A stretch of DNA of 63,712 nucleotides, counting the filler, from an uncultured Methanosarcinales archaeon (GTDB lineage: Archaea > Nanobdellota > Nanobdellia > Woesearchaeales > GW2011-AR9): NCBI GenBank assembly GCA_964434885.1. It is 9 parts of 9 records of this genome, joined end to end, with 100 filler letters (N's around TTAATTAATTAA, not from the genome) between each part and the next. Parts side by side here need not be neighbours in the genome. Positions count along the whole stretch, not along the records: positions 9,178 to 17,175 come from CAYSWQ010000041.1; positions 17,276 to 25,136 come from CAYSWQ010000042.1; 7 more parts are not named here. One strand, 5' to 3'. A model generated the notes under the pieces. It saw only the letters and a list, made by a program, of their open reading frames with translations, was not told the origin of the DNA and did not search any database. The position numbers and the translations under genes were made by a program. Numbering within the stretch: the stretch's first letter is position 1; every line of letters begins with the position of its first letter. Positions 10,448-20,681 of this stretch are shown here, piece after piece.

Positions 10448-10786
10448 ATGAGTTCAAGTGATTCCGATATAAGTGATTTAATGGAACTTAAACCAGGTAA
10501 CAAATATATTTCTCAAGAAGTAGATGAACAATGAAGAGTTCAGTACATCGAATATGCTAATGGTTCTGGAGCATTACCTGTTTGTACTCCAGACAACCAA
10601 TTTATCCAAGGTAAAAATTTAACTTATGATCGAAATGATGTTGAAAAAACCGCCAAAGGTTTTTTAGATTGGAATATTGGTATGTTAATAATCCCTACCG
10701 AAGTTAATAATGTTTTTGACATAAACACCCAAGAAAGATGTAGAATAGAATATGAAATGCATGTTTTTAGAGATTTAACAAAGTAA
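10448..10786 (+). pseudogene. 112-codon ORF interrupted by one in-frame TGA (10532-10534); not in the ORF track
   Basis: ATG at 10448, same frame to TAA at 10784-10786; BRE/TATA CGAAAGTTTTTTATAAG at 10409-10425. Confidence 0.6.
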
Positions 10787-10790
10787 TGGG

Positions 10791-10875
10791 AAAGCTTTTT
10801 AAATAACCTCAATTTCTTATACAAAAAAGTCCGAGTTAACGCGATTTAGGGCTAAGAAATACTATTTCTTGGCTT
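10791..10875 (+). promoter_or_regulatory. Promoter and structured 5' leader of the S13 operon
   Basis: AAAGCTTTTTAAATA BRE/TATA-like element; 12-bp stem GGGCTAAGAAAT/ATTTCTTGGCTT at 10849-10875. Confidence 0.5.
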
Positions 10876-10886
10876 AATATATTAAA

Positions 10887-11393
10887 ATGGTAGAAGAACA
10901 AAAACAAACAAAAACCGAAGAACCGAAGTCTAGCTTTAAACATATTGTTAGAATTGGTAATGTTGATATTCCAGGAGATAAACCAATCAAAATTTCCTTA
11001 AAAAAAATTAAGGGAGTTGGTTTTAATTTAGCCGCAGCTGTTTGTAATTTAGCTGGCGTTAATAAAAACAAAAAAACCGGGGAATTAACTGACAAAGAAA
11101 TTCAAGATCTAAATAAAATTATTACTTCGCCAAAAGATAATGGTGTTCCTACTTGGATGTTTAATCGTAGAAAAGATTATGAAACTGGAGAAGACCAACA
11201 CTTTTTGATTGGAACTCTAGATTTTGTTGTTGATAACACTATCAAAAGATTAAGAAAAATTAAATGCTATCGTGGAACTAGACATTCTCGAGGATTACCA
11301 GCTCGAGGACAAAGAACCAAATCAAATTTCAGAAGAAGTAAGGGAAAAGTTGTTGGAGTAGCTAAAAAGAAATCAGCTAAATCAGGTAAGTAA
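10887..11393 (+). CDS. rps13: 30S ribosomal protein uS13
   Basis: IKGVG, NRRKDYETG, CYRGTRHSRGLPARGQRTKSN. Confidence 0.98.
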   Translation: MVEEQKQTKTEEPKSSFKHIVRIGNVDIPGDKPIKISLKKIKGVGFNLAAAVCNLAGVNKNKKTGELTDKEIQDLNKIITSPKDNGVPTWMFNRRKDYETGEDQHFLIGTLDFVVDNTIKRLRKIKCYRGTRHSRGLPARGQRTKSNFRRSKGKVVGVAKKKSAKSGK

Positions 11394-11395
11394 GA

Positions 11396-12085
11396 ATGGG
11401 AGATCCAAAAAAATTAAGAAAAAAGTATTCACCACCAAGACATCCATGGATTGCTGGGAATATTGAATTAGAAAAAGAATTAATTAAAGAATTTGGCTTA
11501 CGTAACAAAAAAGAAATTCGTAAGATTGATTCAGTTCTTAAAAAATATAAAGATTTAGCTAAAAAATTAATTGCTATTAAGACCATTCAAGGGGAAAAAG
11601 AAAAAGCCCAAATGATGGACAAACTACAAAGAATGGGTTTAATTCAAGCTGGTGCTGAATTAGATAATGTTCTAGATTTAAATATTAAAGATTTAATGGA
11701 AAGAAGACTCCAAAGTTTGGTTTATAGGCAGGGTTTTGCTCGTTCTATGAAACAAGCTAGACAATTCATTACTCACCGACAAATCATGGTAGGAGATAAA
11801 AAAATCACCTTTCCTTCTTATATTGTTTCTCAGGAAGAAGAATCTCAGATTAAATTTGATCCAAGATCAACATTGAGTCAAGAAGATCATCCTGAGAGAG
11901 TTGATGTTAATCAAGATATTAAAAAAGAAGCTGCTGCAATTAAAAAAGATAAAAAATCTAAAAAAGAACTTGAGCCAGCTACTCCTGAAGAAAAAGAAGT
12001 TAAAGAAGCAGTAGCTGAAGAAGTTAAAAAAGAAGAAGCTCCTGTTCAAGAAGATAAAAAAGCAGCTGAGGATAATAAAAAATGA
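11396..12085 (+). CDS. rps4: 30S ribosomal protein uS4 with K/E/A-rich C-terminal extension
   Basis: [25 protein letters not shown]. Confidence 0.97.
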   Translation: MGDPKKLRKKYSPPRHPWIAGNIELEKELIKEFGLRNKKEIRKIDSVLKKYKDLAKKLIAIKTIQGEKEKAQMMDKLQRMGLIQAGAELDNVLDLNIKDLMERRLQSLVYRQGFARSMKQARQFITHRQIMVGDKKITFPSYIVSQEEESQIKFDPRSTLSQEDHPERVDVNQDIKKEAAAIKKDKKSKKELEPATPEEKEVKEAVAEEVKKEEAPVQEDKKAAEDNKK

Positions 12086-12516
12086 GACCACCTAGAGATA
12101 TGAAACGGCCAGATGCTAAGCAATATGGTAAAACTAGATGGGGAATTGCTCATATTTTTGCTAGTTATAATAATACAATTGTTACTGTTACAGATATTAC
12201 TGGAACCGAAACTCTAGCCCGAGCTAGTGGTGGACAAGTTGTTAAAGCTGATCGATTAGAAAGTTCACCTACGGCAGCAATGGGTGTTGCTAAAAAAATT
12301 GCTGAAATTATCAGAGACAAAGGTATTAATGGATTATATGTCAAAGTTCGTGCTCCAGGAGGACACAATGGGCCTAAAAGTCCAGGACCTGGTGCTCAAG
12401 CTTGTATCCGAGCTTTATCTCGAAGAGGAATTAGAATCGGTAAAATCGAAGAAGTAACACCAGAACCACACAATGGTTGTCGGGCCAAAGGCGGACGAAG
12501 AGGACGAAGAGTATAA
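12082..12516 (+). CDS. rps11: 30S ribosomal protein uS11
   Basis: [33 protein letters not shown]. Confidence 0.98.
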   Translation: MRPPRDMKRPDAKQYGKTRWGIAHIFASYNNTIVTVTDITGTETLARASGGQVVKADRLESSPTAAMGVAKKIAEIIRDKGINGLYVKVRAPGGHNGPKSPGPGAQACIRALSRRGIRIGKIEEVTPEPHNGCRAKGGRRGRRV

Positions 12517-12529
12517 ATTATAATTCAAA

Positions 12530-13291
12530 ATGAAATTAGAAAAAATTAATTGGGATAAAAAACAAAATAAATTACTTTTTGTTTTGCATGATTCTGAAGA
12601 AGTATTTGCTAATACTATTCGTCGATTAATTATTGGAGAAGTCCCAACTTTGGCTGTAGAAGATGTTGAAATCAAAGAAAATAGTTCTACTTTATATGAT
12701 GAAATGATTGCCTTGAGATTAGGATTAAGTCCAATTAAGACTGATTTGAAAAGCTACAACTTCAAACACAAATGTAAATGTGAAGGAGAAGGTTGTGCTC
12801 GTTGCGAATTAAAATTAACCTTGAAAGGGAATAAGAAAGGTTATGTTTTAGCAACTGATGCTAAATCAAGTGATCCAAAATGTGAATTTGCTTATTCCAT
12901 GCCAATTGTTAAATTAATTGCCAAGCAGAAAATTGAATTACAAATGACTGCAATTCTAGGCCGAGGAAAAGAACATGCTAAATGGGCTTCTGGTTGGGCT
13001 TGGTATTATGGCTGGCCAGAATTCAAAACTAGTTCCAATAGCCAATTAGATGAATGTACAAAAACAGGAGCTTTAGAAAAGAAAGGCTCAAATCTCACAA
13101 TCAAAAATATCTTAAAATGGAATGGCGCTACCGAACAAATTTGTGAAAATAATAATGTGGAAGTTGATTACAGCGAAAAAGATTTGGTTTTTAACTTAGA
13201 AAGTTGGGGCCAATTAAGCTGTAAAGAAATATTAAATCAAACTATCGAAATTTTAAATAATAAAGTTGAGGAATTTGAAAAACTGATATAA
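12530..13291 (+). CDS. rpoD: RNA polymerase subunit Rpo3 (D)
   Basis: ANTIRR..EVPTLA, DEMIALRLGL, CKCEGEGCARC, GKEHAKW, ESWGQL; conserved operon position. Confidence 0.96.
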   Translation: MKLEKINWDKKQNKLLFVLHDSEEVFANTIRRLIIGEVPTLAVEDVEIKENSSTLYDEMIALRLGLSPIKTDLKSYNFKHKCKCEGEGCARCELKLTLKGNKKGYVLATDAKSSDPKCEFAYSMPIVKLIAKQKIELQMTAILGRGKEHAKWASGWAWYYGWPEFKTSSNSQLDECTKTGALEKKGSNLTIKNILKWNGATEQICENNNVEVDYSEKDLVFNLESWGQLSCKEILNQTIEILNNKVEEFEKLI

Positions 13292-13644
13292 TGGTAAAAA
13301 GAACTGGTCCTACAAACCCTGAACTACAAAAATTGATTAAAGCTTTACAAGAAAAGGCAGATATCAATTTGTGGAAAAGATTAGCTAAAGATTTAGCTAA
13401 ACCAACTAGACAAAGAAGGATCGTTAATATTTACAAAATCAATAAATTTGCTCGAGACGGAGAAACTATTGTTGTTCCTGGAAAAGTTCTTAATCTAGGA
13501 GAAATGGAGAAAAAAGTAGATGTTGCTGCATTTAGTTTTTCAGAAAAAGCTAAACAAAAAATAAATCAAGTTGCTAAAACTATGACTATTGAAGAATTAA
13601 TGGCTAAAAACCCAGAAGGTAAGAAAGTGAGGATTTTAGGATGA
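13291..13644 (+). CDS. rpl18e: 50S ribosomal protein eL18
   Basis: TNPEL, LAKPTRQR, VVPGKVL, AAFSFS. Confidence 0.96.
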   Translation: MVKRTGPTNPELQKLIKALQEKADINLWKRLAKDLAKPTRQRRIVNIYKINKFARDGETIVVPGKVLNLGEMEKKVDVAAFSFSEKAKQKINQVAKTMTIEELMAKNPEGKKVRILG

Positions 13645-14075
13645 GAATCATCAACGGAGAAGGATTATTATTAGGAAGAGTTTGTTCTTATGCAGCGAAA
13701 GCAGCTCTGTTTGGTGATGATGTTAAAATTGTTAATTGTGAAAAAATAGTTATTAGTGGAAATAAGAAAAAAGTGTTAGCTAATGAAAAAGTCAGACGTT
13801 CCAGAAAAGGATATCCTTTAAAAAGTGCTAAATTTTCCCGTTTACCAGAAAAATATGTTAAACGTTCTGTTCGAGGAATGTTACCTTACAAAAAAGAAAG
13901 AGGACTAAAAGCTTTTAACAAAATTATGTGTTATGAAGGAATTCCAGAAGAATTTGCAGATAAAAAAATGGAAACTGTTGCTGGAGCTGAAATTAAAAAA
14001 TTACCAACTTTGAATTATATTAGTGTTCAAGAAATTTGTCAATGGTTAAAAGGAGAAAAAAATGAAAAAAACTGA
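13641..14075 (+). CDS. rpl13: 50S ribosomal protein uL13
   Basis: LGRVCS, VNCEK, RSVRGMLPYK. Confidence 0.96.
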   Translation: MRIINGEGLLLGRVCSYAAKAALFGDDVKIVNCEKIVISGNKKKVLANEKVRRSRKGYPLKSAKFSRLPEKYVKRSVRGMLPYKKERGLKAFNKIMCYEGIPEEFADKKMETVAGAEIKKLPTLNYISVQEICQWLKGEKNEKN

Positions 14076-14463
14076 TGTCATCCATAAAAGTGGAAAAAGA
14101 AAACGTGCTATTGCTAGAGCTACCCTAAAGAAAGGAAAAGGCAAAGTAAAAGTTAATGGTGTTTTCTTAGACAATTTTGGAGATCGAGTTTCACAATTAA
14201 GAATCAAAGAACCATTGGTTTTAGCTGGAGAAACAGCTAAAAAAGTTGATGTTTTTGTTAGAGTTAATGGTGGGGGAATTAATGGTCAAGCTGATGCAGC
14301 CAGATTAGCCATTGCTCGAGCATTAGTAGAACACGATAAAAAATTAGAAAAAACTTTTGATGATTATGACAGATTATTATTGGTTGCTGATGTTAGAAGA
14401 AAAGAAGTTTGTAAACCAAACATTTCTAAAGCTAGGGCCAAGCGTCAAAAATCATACAGGTGA
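14062..14463 (+). CDS. rps9: 30S ribosomal protein uS9
   Basis: GKRKRAIARA, GGGINGQADA, ARAKRQKSYR. Confidence 0.98.
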   Translation: MKKTDVIHKSGKRKRAIARATLKKGKGKVKVNGVFLDNFGDRVSQLRIKEPLVLAGETAKKVDVFVRVNGGGINGQADAARLAIARALVEHDKKLEKTFDDYDRLLLVADVRRKEVCKPNISKARAKRQKSYR

Positions 14464-14528
14464 ACCTAAAAAATGATACTTTACAAACTTAGTGTAGGAA
14501 AGTCCATAAATTCTCCAGAGGTGAATTT

Positions 14529-14726
14529 ATGATAATTCCAATTCGATGTTTTTCCTGCGGGAAACCAGTAGCCCATTTTTGGGAAGAGTTTGCAGAAAGA
14601 ACCAATAAAGGAGAAGAGAAAAAGAAAGTATTAGATTCTTTAGGAGTTTCTCGGTATTGCTGTCGGACTTTAATGTTAGGACACGTTGAATTAATTGACT
14701 TGGCAGCTGAGTTTAAGAAAAGTTAA
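14529..14726 (+). CDS. rpoN: RNA polymerase subunit Rpo10 (N)
   Basis: IIPIRCFSCGK, RYCCR; GAGGTGA SD. Confidence 0.98.
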   Translation: MIIPIRCFSCGKPVAHFWEEFAERTNKGEEKKKVLDSLGVSRYCCRTLMLGHVELIDLAAEFKKS

Positions 14727-15226
14727 ATTTGTTTATTTTTTGATTTTGGCTTTTTCTCAATAATGCCATGGATTAAATTTTCTACTTTTTCTGGATTATT
14801 AACATATTTCAGAATTAAATTTGGCTCTTTATCTTCAGCCGTATGTAAGGTAAGATCTCCAGCTTTACAAATTCGATCCCACACAGAAACATCTAATGTC
14901 AAATTAGTAATTTGGTTATAAGGGATTGAATGTTTTCTTACTATCAAAAATTTGAATTCTCTAGTTACATGATTATGGTAAAAAAAATATGATGTATTTA
15001 TCAGAGTTATTATTTTAAAAAATAAACTACTTAGCACCATTATTGTTCCTAAAATGAACAACCATAAATTTTGTTTAGGCAAAGTATAAATATTTAAACT
15101 AGTTAACAATCTCAACAACCCATATAACCCACCCACAATAAACAAAGAAAATAATAATTGTTTCAAAAATTCAGGAAATAATGAATTCATTAAGTTTGGT
15201 TTAAATGTATATAGTGGTTTATCCAT
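14723..15226 (-). CDS. 2-TM membrane protein with a bacterial PH-like domain
   Basis: Two TM helices, then IPYNQITN..WDRICKAGDLTLHTA. Confidence 0.75.
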   Translation of the reverse strand: MDKPLYTFKPNLMNSLFPEFLKQLLFSLFIVGGLYGLLRLLTSLNIYTLPKQNLWLFILGTIMVLSSLFFKIITLINTSYFFYHNHVTREFKFLIVRKHSIPYNQITNLTLDVSVWDRICKAGDLTLHTAEDKEPNLILKYVNNPEKVENLIHGIIEKKPKSKNKQI

Positions 15227-15375
15227 ACTTTAAGAAAAATTTCTTAAATTAAAAACCTTTTGGTCCTATTAAATTAGAATATAATAAAAACAACATTAAT
15301 TCCCATTCTATTTTATCTTTGAATTTTGTAATTTATTTTCTAAACCACTATTTTTTACCACACAATTTTGCATTT

Positions 15376-15446
15376 TGATAAAAATTTCTATCACCATCTT
15401 AATATATGTGCATGCCATTCTAGTTACTAAGCTGAAAGGCTAAGTA
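15376..15446 (+). promoter_or_regulatory. Palindromic operator-like site, TATA-like element and GAAA-tetraloop hairpin upstream of the phosphoesterase operon
   Basis: TGATAAAAATTTCTATCA (8 of 9 pairs) at 15376-15393; CTTAATATA at about 15398; TACT-A-AGCT-GAAA-GGCT-A-AGTA at 15425-15446. Confidence 0.4.
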
Positions 15447-15472
15447 CCACCCCAACACCAAATCTCGCTAAA

Positions 15473-16291
15473 ATGGTAGATCTAAAAAAAAATCTTTCTG
15501 AATGGGAAACTCTCAAAAGAGCTTCTGCTCAAAACGAGTTGATTCCAACCCTAAATTGCCAGCAATTTGACACGGACAAATTAGTCCTAACTTTAATCAG
15601 TGACGAACATATCGGCAGTAGATATTATGATGAAGACTTGCATAAAGAAATTCTAGAATATTGTTATGAAAACAAATCGCCAATTATTTTATTAGGGGAT
15701 CAGGTTGAAACTGCAACTAGAGATAGTGTCGGTGCCGGAGTTTATGAACAAGATGAAATCCTGGAAAAACAACTAGATCATTTCTATCATCTTTACCAAC
15801 CTTTAGCCGATGACAATTTAATTTTAGGTATCCACCCAGGCAATCACGAACAACGTATTTACAATTCTTCTGGATTAAACCTAACTAAAGTAATGGCTAA
15901 ACAACTAGGCATCAAATATCTTGGTTGGGGAAAGATGCATTATTTTCGAGTAGGAAAACAAGGTTATACTTTATACACTACTCATGGAGCAAGTGGTGCG
16001 AGAATGCCCCATACAAAAATAAAAGGGGTTCTAGATCTTGCAAATTTAGTGGAAGCAGAGATTTATGCAATGGGACATCTCCACCAGCTCAGTCATCACA
16101 TTAGAAACTACTATACTCCAAATCTTAGAAACAAAAAAGTAGATGAAGCTCAAAAACATTTCTTGTTAACTGGTTCTTATCTTAGTCATTGGGGTAGTTA
16201 TGGTCATATGAAAAGTTATGAGCCCATGAGAAAAGGTTCACCTAAAATCAAATTACATGGAGATAAACACATGATCCGGGTGAGCCTATGA
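15473..16291 (+). CDS. Calcineurin-like metallophosphoesterase
   Basis: All five motifs present: SDEHIG, GDQVE, GNHE, THG, GHLH. Confidence 0.9.
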   Translation: MVDLKKNLSEWETLKRASAQNELIPTLNCQQFDTDKLVLTLISDEHIGSRYYDEDLHKEILEYCYENKSPIILLGDQVETATRDSVGAGVYEQDEILEKQLDHFYHLYQPLADDNLILGIHPGNHEQRIYNSSGLNLTKVMAKQLGIKYLGWGKMHYFRVGKQGYTLYTTHGASGARMPHTKIKGVLDLANLVEAEIYAMGHLHQLSHHIRNYYTPNLRNKKVDEAQKHFLLTGSYLSHWGSYGHMKSYEPMRKGSPKIKLHGDKHMIRVSL

Positions 16292-16638
16292 CAAATCAAA
16301 ACTTCCTCAAAAATTTCAGTTATCATTCAATTGAAGAACTGATTGAAGAACACGACATCCAAATGAGATATTCTTCAAAATTAGAAGACTTAGGATTGTG
16401 GGGACAATACCATCCAGAGGATAATTTAGTTTTAATTAACCCTTACTTAGAGAATCGAGAAATAGAAGATTTAGTTGTTTTACACGAATGGCTTCATGCT
16501 TACGCTGATTGTATTTTAGAAAAAGATTTTACAGAAAAACAAATTGACTGGGGTGCCGAATGGCATCTCAAACAAGATTTAGTTGGTTTAAGCAAAGTAG
16601 ATTATCTAAGAAGTTTTTATCACAAAGAGGGGTTTTAG
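16288..16638 (+). CDS. Small HEXXH zincin-like protein (ImmA/IrrE-like)
   Basis: GLWGQY..LVLIN..VVLHEWLHA..E; ATGA overlap with the upstream gene. Confidence 0.7.
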   Translation: MTNQNFLKNFSYHSIEELIEEHDIQMRYSSKLEDLGLWGQYHPEDNLVLINPYLENREIEDLVVLHEWLHAYADCILEKDFTEKQIDWGAEWHLKQDLVGLSKVDYLRSFYHKEGF

Positions 16639-16884
16639 ATGGAAGATTCATTATTGGTTAAGTTGTACTTAGATAAAAATGAAAGTAAACTAAATCCAGA
16701 AATTTATAATTGTTTAGAACAAATTATGATTGGTTTTGTTGGTCGTTTTCAACTTCACCATCAAGGTAAAGATTATTGTTGTCGCAGTAAAGAATACTGT
16801 TCAGTTCAAAAAGATGAAGGGTTAGGAATGAAGAAATGTCGAGGAATGGAATTATACAATGAAGTCGTCAAATATCGTAATTAA
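16639..16884 (+). CDS. Small Cys-rich hypothetical protein
   Basis: 81 aa, 5 Cys; starts directly after the previous stop; GAGGGG SD. Confidence 0.7.
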   Translation: MEDSLLVKLYLDKNESKLNPEIYNCLEQIMIGFVGRFQLHHQGKDYCCRSKEYCSVQKDEGLGMKKCRGMELYNEVVKYRN

Positions 16885-17141
16885 TGAAAAGAGAAAAAGA
16901 ATTGGTGGATTTGGAGGCCAGAATGAAAAAAGAAGTGGCTGAATGTGCTCGAAATAAAACTTATCGCAAATCATTTTATAATCAACATAAAAAAAAATTT
17001 GAAACGTATTGTACTTATTATTTTCCCAGCAATCAACAAGAACCTTATGAATGTCCTTTGCTCGGAGAAGTGATTATGGTAAAAAAAGTATCTGCCCCCG
17101 GTATGTATCATTGGGTTAGGTATTTTAGTTGTCAAAAATAA
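16884..17141 (+). CDS. Small Cys-rich hypothetical protein
   Basis: 85 aa, 4 Cys; TAATG overlap; a further ATG at 17145 runs off the contig. Confidence 0.7.
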   Translation: MKREKELVDLEARMKKEVAECARNKTYRKSFYNQHKKKFETYCTYYFPSNQQEPYECPLLGEVIMVKKVSAPGMYHWVRYFSCQK

Positions 17142-17275
17142 AAAATGGAGGAAAACTCTCTCACTAAACCTCGCTNNNNNNNNNNNNNNNNNNNNNNNNN
17201 NNNNNNNNNNNNNNNNNNNTTAATTAATTAANNNNNNNNNNNNNNNNNNNNNNNNNNNNNNNNNNNNNNNNNNNN

Positions 17276-20200
17276 GGACTTGCGAAGTACAAGGTTCTGA
17301 TGGTACTAATGATGAAAGTGATTGGAATAATGCCACCCAATTAGTAATCCAAAACACCCCACCAATAGCTTCTTCAGTAAACATAACTTCAAATGACTCA
17401 TTAAACAGAACCAACAGCACCTTGACAGGAATTTACACCTTTGCCGATAATGATAGTGACATAGAAATAAACTCAGAGATAGAATGGTATAATAACTCTA
17501 TAAAAGTTCTAGGGACAGAAAACTTAACTTCTTTAGATTCAGAGAATATTTCCAAAGGAGAAACATGGATTTTTTCTATCAAACCAGATGATGGAACAGA
17601 TTCGGAGAATTGGGTTAATAGCAGTATATTTACGATTGAAGATTCCTCTCCAACTACTCCAACTTTAGAACAACCAACTAATGATTCAACCACAACCAAC
17701 AACATACCTACATTTAATTGGACTAATTCAACAGATGCAGATAATGACATTATCACTTACGAAATATTAATCGATGATGAAACTAATTTTAATTCGCCTT
17801 ACACTCAAAGCAATTCCACTTTAACAGAATCAAATTTCACCGCGACTACTTTAACAGATGGGACTTATTATTGGAAAGTCAAAGCTATCACTACAGACAC
17901 CAATTCCAGTTACACAGATTATTTTTCATTCATTATCTCTACTGGAGCCCCAACGATTAATCTAATTTCACCAACTACAAACACAGGAGATACAGACGGA
18001 AATACAATTTTAAGTTATAATGTGACTAGTGATTTATCAATCTCTAATTGTTCTTTAGTTATCAATGATGCTATTAACCAAACAAATTTTACTATTACAA
18101 AAAACATTACTCAAAATTTTACCTTAAACAACTTAGCAGTTGGACAATACAATTGGAGCATTAACTGCACTGATAGCAATGGAAATAGAAGTTCTACCAC
18201 TACTAGAACCCTTTCCGTTTTTGAAATTTCAGAATTTTCTGGAGAAACCACTAGTTTGGACGGAGTAGATGTAACTACCTTAACCAATTTAATCATTGAT
18301 CAACCAACTTATGGAAAAATTAATTTCTCTGAAAGTATTGATTTAAGCGACGGAGCAGATATTGATGAGTTTGTTAACATTTCTCAAAATTTAATTGAAA
18401 TTAATTCCACCAGATTACTTGCTTTAAACAAATCAGCAACATTATATTTATACAATTTGACATTCACTAACCCAAGAATATTAAGAAACGATGAAGTTTG
18501 TGATTCAACTATTTGTACTAAAATTAATTACTCTAGTGGAACATTAACATTTAATGTAACTCAATTCACTAATTATTCAGCAGAAGAAACCCCCACTACT
18601 CCTTCACCCACTCCAACTACTTCTGGGGGTGGCGGAGGATCAGATAAACAATGTACTTTAGATTCTGATTGCCCACTTAATCAATATTGTTTCAATTACA
18701 ACTGTTACAATCTTGAATGTATAAAAAGCAGTGATTGCCAATCAAATTTATACTGTGTCAACAACCAATGCGTTAAAATATTTGATTTGAAAATATTGCA
18801 GGTAGAATCTCCTATCCAACCAGGAGAATCCTTGGATTTCTCTTACTTCATCAAAGGGATGGCCAATATTAGCGGAGATGTTACTTTAGAATTTTGGTTG
18901 GAAAAAGACCACCAAACAATTACTGAAGGATCAGATACAATTTTCATAGGCAATTTTGAAGAAAAGAAAGAAAAAGCCAATCTCTATTTACCTTCAACTC
19001 TCTCTGCAGGAAGTTATCTATTCAAAATTAAATTGATTTATGAAAAATATCAGATTGTTGCTTATCGATCTATAGAAATAAAATCAAAAGTGCCTTTGTT
19101 ATTAGAATTAGGGATTCAAGAAATTAAAACGTTATTTCCCAATAAACCTTGGAACTTAAAGTCCACTTTAATCACAAACAAAAATTATTCTGTCCCTGTT
19201 AAATTAGAAAGGAAAATTATTCAAAATAAGAATATTGTTTGGTTAAAGAAAACTGAAAAAATAGTAAAAAAATCAGCTATTATTGTAGATTTAGTAAAAG
19301 GACTAAAATCTGGAGAATATTTTTTAGAAATTAATGCAGAATACGGTAATAAAACTACTTCGGCCAAACAAATGTTTATTGTCTCTCAACCAACAAAACC
19401 ACTTTATGGCCAGGCAATTAGATTCTTTGAAATTTTAGAAGATTGGAGTTATATTTGGGTAATTGGAGTATTAATTTTAGTCAGCACTATATTTGTTATA
19501 CTTATTTATCGAAAAAAGAAAACTACTCCGCTTCCTGTTTTAAAACAATTTAAGAAATTACCTCTCCCAAAAATATCAGAAAGAGAATTAAGTGAAAAAA
19601 AGAAAGAGAAACAGATTCTTGAGAGAAAGATTATTCGCATTTTTGATATCCCGAGAGTCTTGACGTTGATTGGAAAGAAATTCAAAAGAAAAGAACAGGC
19701 AAGAAGTTGGTTAAGAAAGCAACCAGAATTAAGTTTATTACAAAAGAAAAAAGAATATTTTAGATTAAGAAGGATTAATCATACCAGAAAGTTTGGAAGA
19801 TTAAAAGAATATTCTTGGAAAAAAGTAGGAGAGATTAAAGAAAATCTAAAAGAATTCAAAATCCAAGCAAGAATCAGAAAAGAAAAACGTAATAAAATAA
19901 GAAATGAAAGAAAAAGGAAATCTCTGGCTAAAATCAAAGAAAAACAAGAACTACGAAACAGAGCAGTCTTAATTAAAAAAAGAATTAAGACAATCAAAGC
20001 TAAGATTGCTGAACGAGAGAAGCTAAAACAACAGGCGGAAGAAATTAAGTATAAAATCAAGAGAATCAAAAGAGAGGAACAAGAAAGAGCCAAATTATCC
20101 AGGTTGAAGCTAGAAGCCCAAAATAACCCATTAAAAAGACAAGAATATGAAATTACTATGGCTTTGGCTGAAAAAACAATACCTCAAAATAGCATTTTAA

Positions 20201-20346
20201 ATCGGATTAAGACTAGATTAGTTATTAAGAAAAAAAAGACATTTCTAACATCAAACACCAAAAAAACACAAAATAATTTTTTACAAAATAAACTCAAAGA
20301 ACTAGAATCTACAGAAAAACAATTAGAGAAATTACTATCAAAATAA
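17276..20346 (+). CDS. Large membrane-anchored surface protein (Ig/FN3-like repeats, Cys-rich repeats, TM helix, basic cytoplasmic tail), 5' partial
   Basis: Frame open from the contig edge; N/S/T-rich; DGTYYWKVKA; PTP/GGGGGS linker; two C..DC...YC...C repeats; WSYIWVIGVLILVSTIFVILIY TM segment. Confidence 0.85.
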
Positions 20347-20432
20347 AGTATTAACAAAAACATTTATAAACCTACCATATATTCTATTTAGATATAAATA
20401 TGATAAAAATAGATATACTATATACTTAAAAT

Positions 20433-20681
20433 ATGTATTTTGTGGATAAAATTCAGGAACAGGGAACGAGACAGAGAAAGATACCTCTCCCTAAAAAATT
20501 CTGGAAAGAATTCCCTTTAAATTCTTTAGTTAAAATCGAATTAATTGACAATCCTAATTTATTTTACGTCGATAAAGTACAAGCTCAAGGTAAAATCCAA
20601 AGAAGAATCCCTTTACCAAAAAAATTCTGGGAAGAATTTCCAGTCGGATCAATAGTCAAAGTTGAATTATTAAAAACATGA
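20433..20681 (+). CDS. Small protein made of two tandem AbrB/SpoVT-like repeats
   Basis: FVDKIQEQG..RKIPLPKKFWKEFPLNSLVKIEL repeated as YVDKVQAQG..RRIPLPKKFWEEFPVGSIVKVEL. Confidence 0.7.
   Translation: MYFVDKIQEQGTRQRKIPLPKKFWKEFPLNSLVKIELIDNPNLFYVDKVQAQGKIQRRIPLPKKFWEEFPVGSIVKVELLKT

Noticed and set aside
10532..10534. Genome-wide TGA recoding
   Set aside because: Conserved genes such as rps9 end correctly at TGA, and long genes are intact under code 11.
10624..10824. Minus-strand 66-aa ORF
   Set aside because: The plus-strand frame 10448-10786, which has a promoter, explains the region better.
14495..14506. AGGAAAGTCC resembling the RNase P RNA conserved region
   Set aside because: It sits in a 65-nt spacer between rps9 and rpoN, with no room for the RNA and no partner motif.
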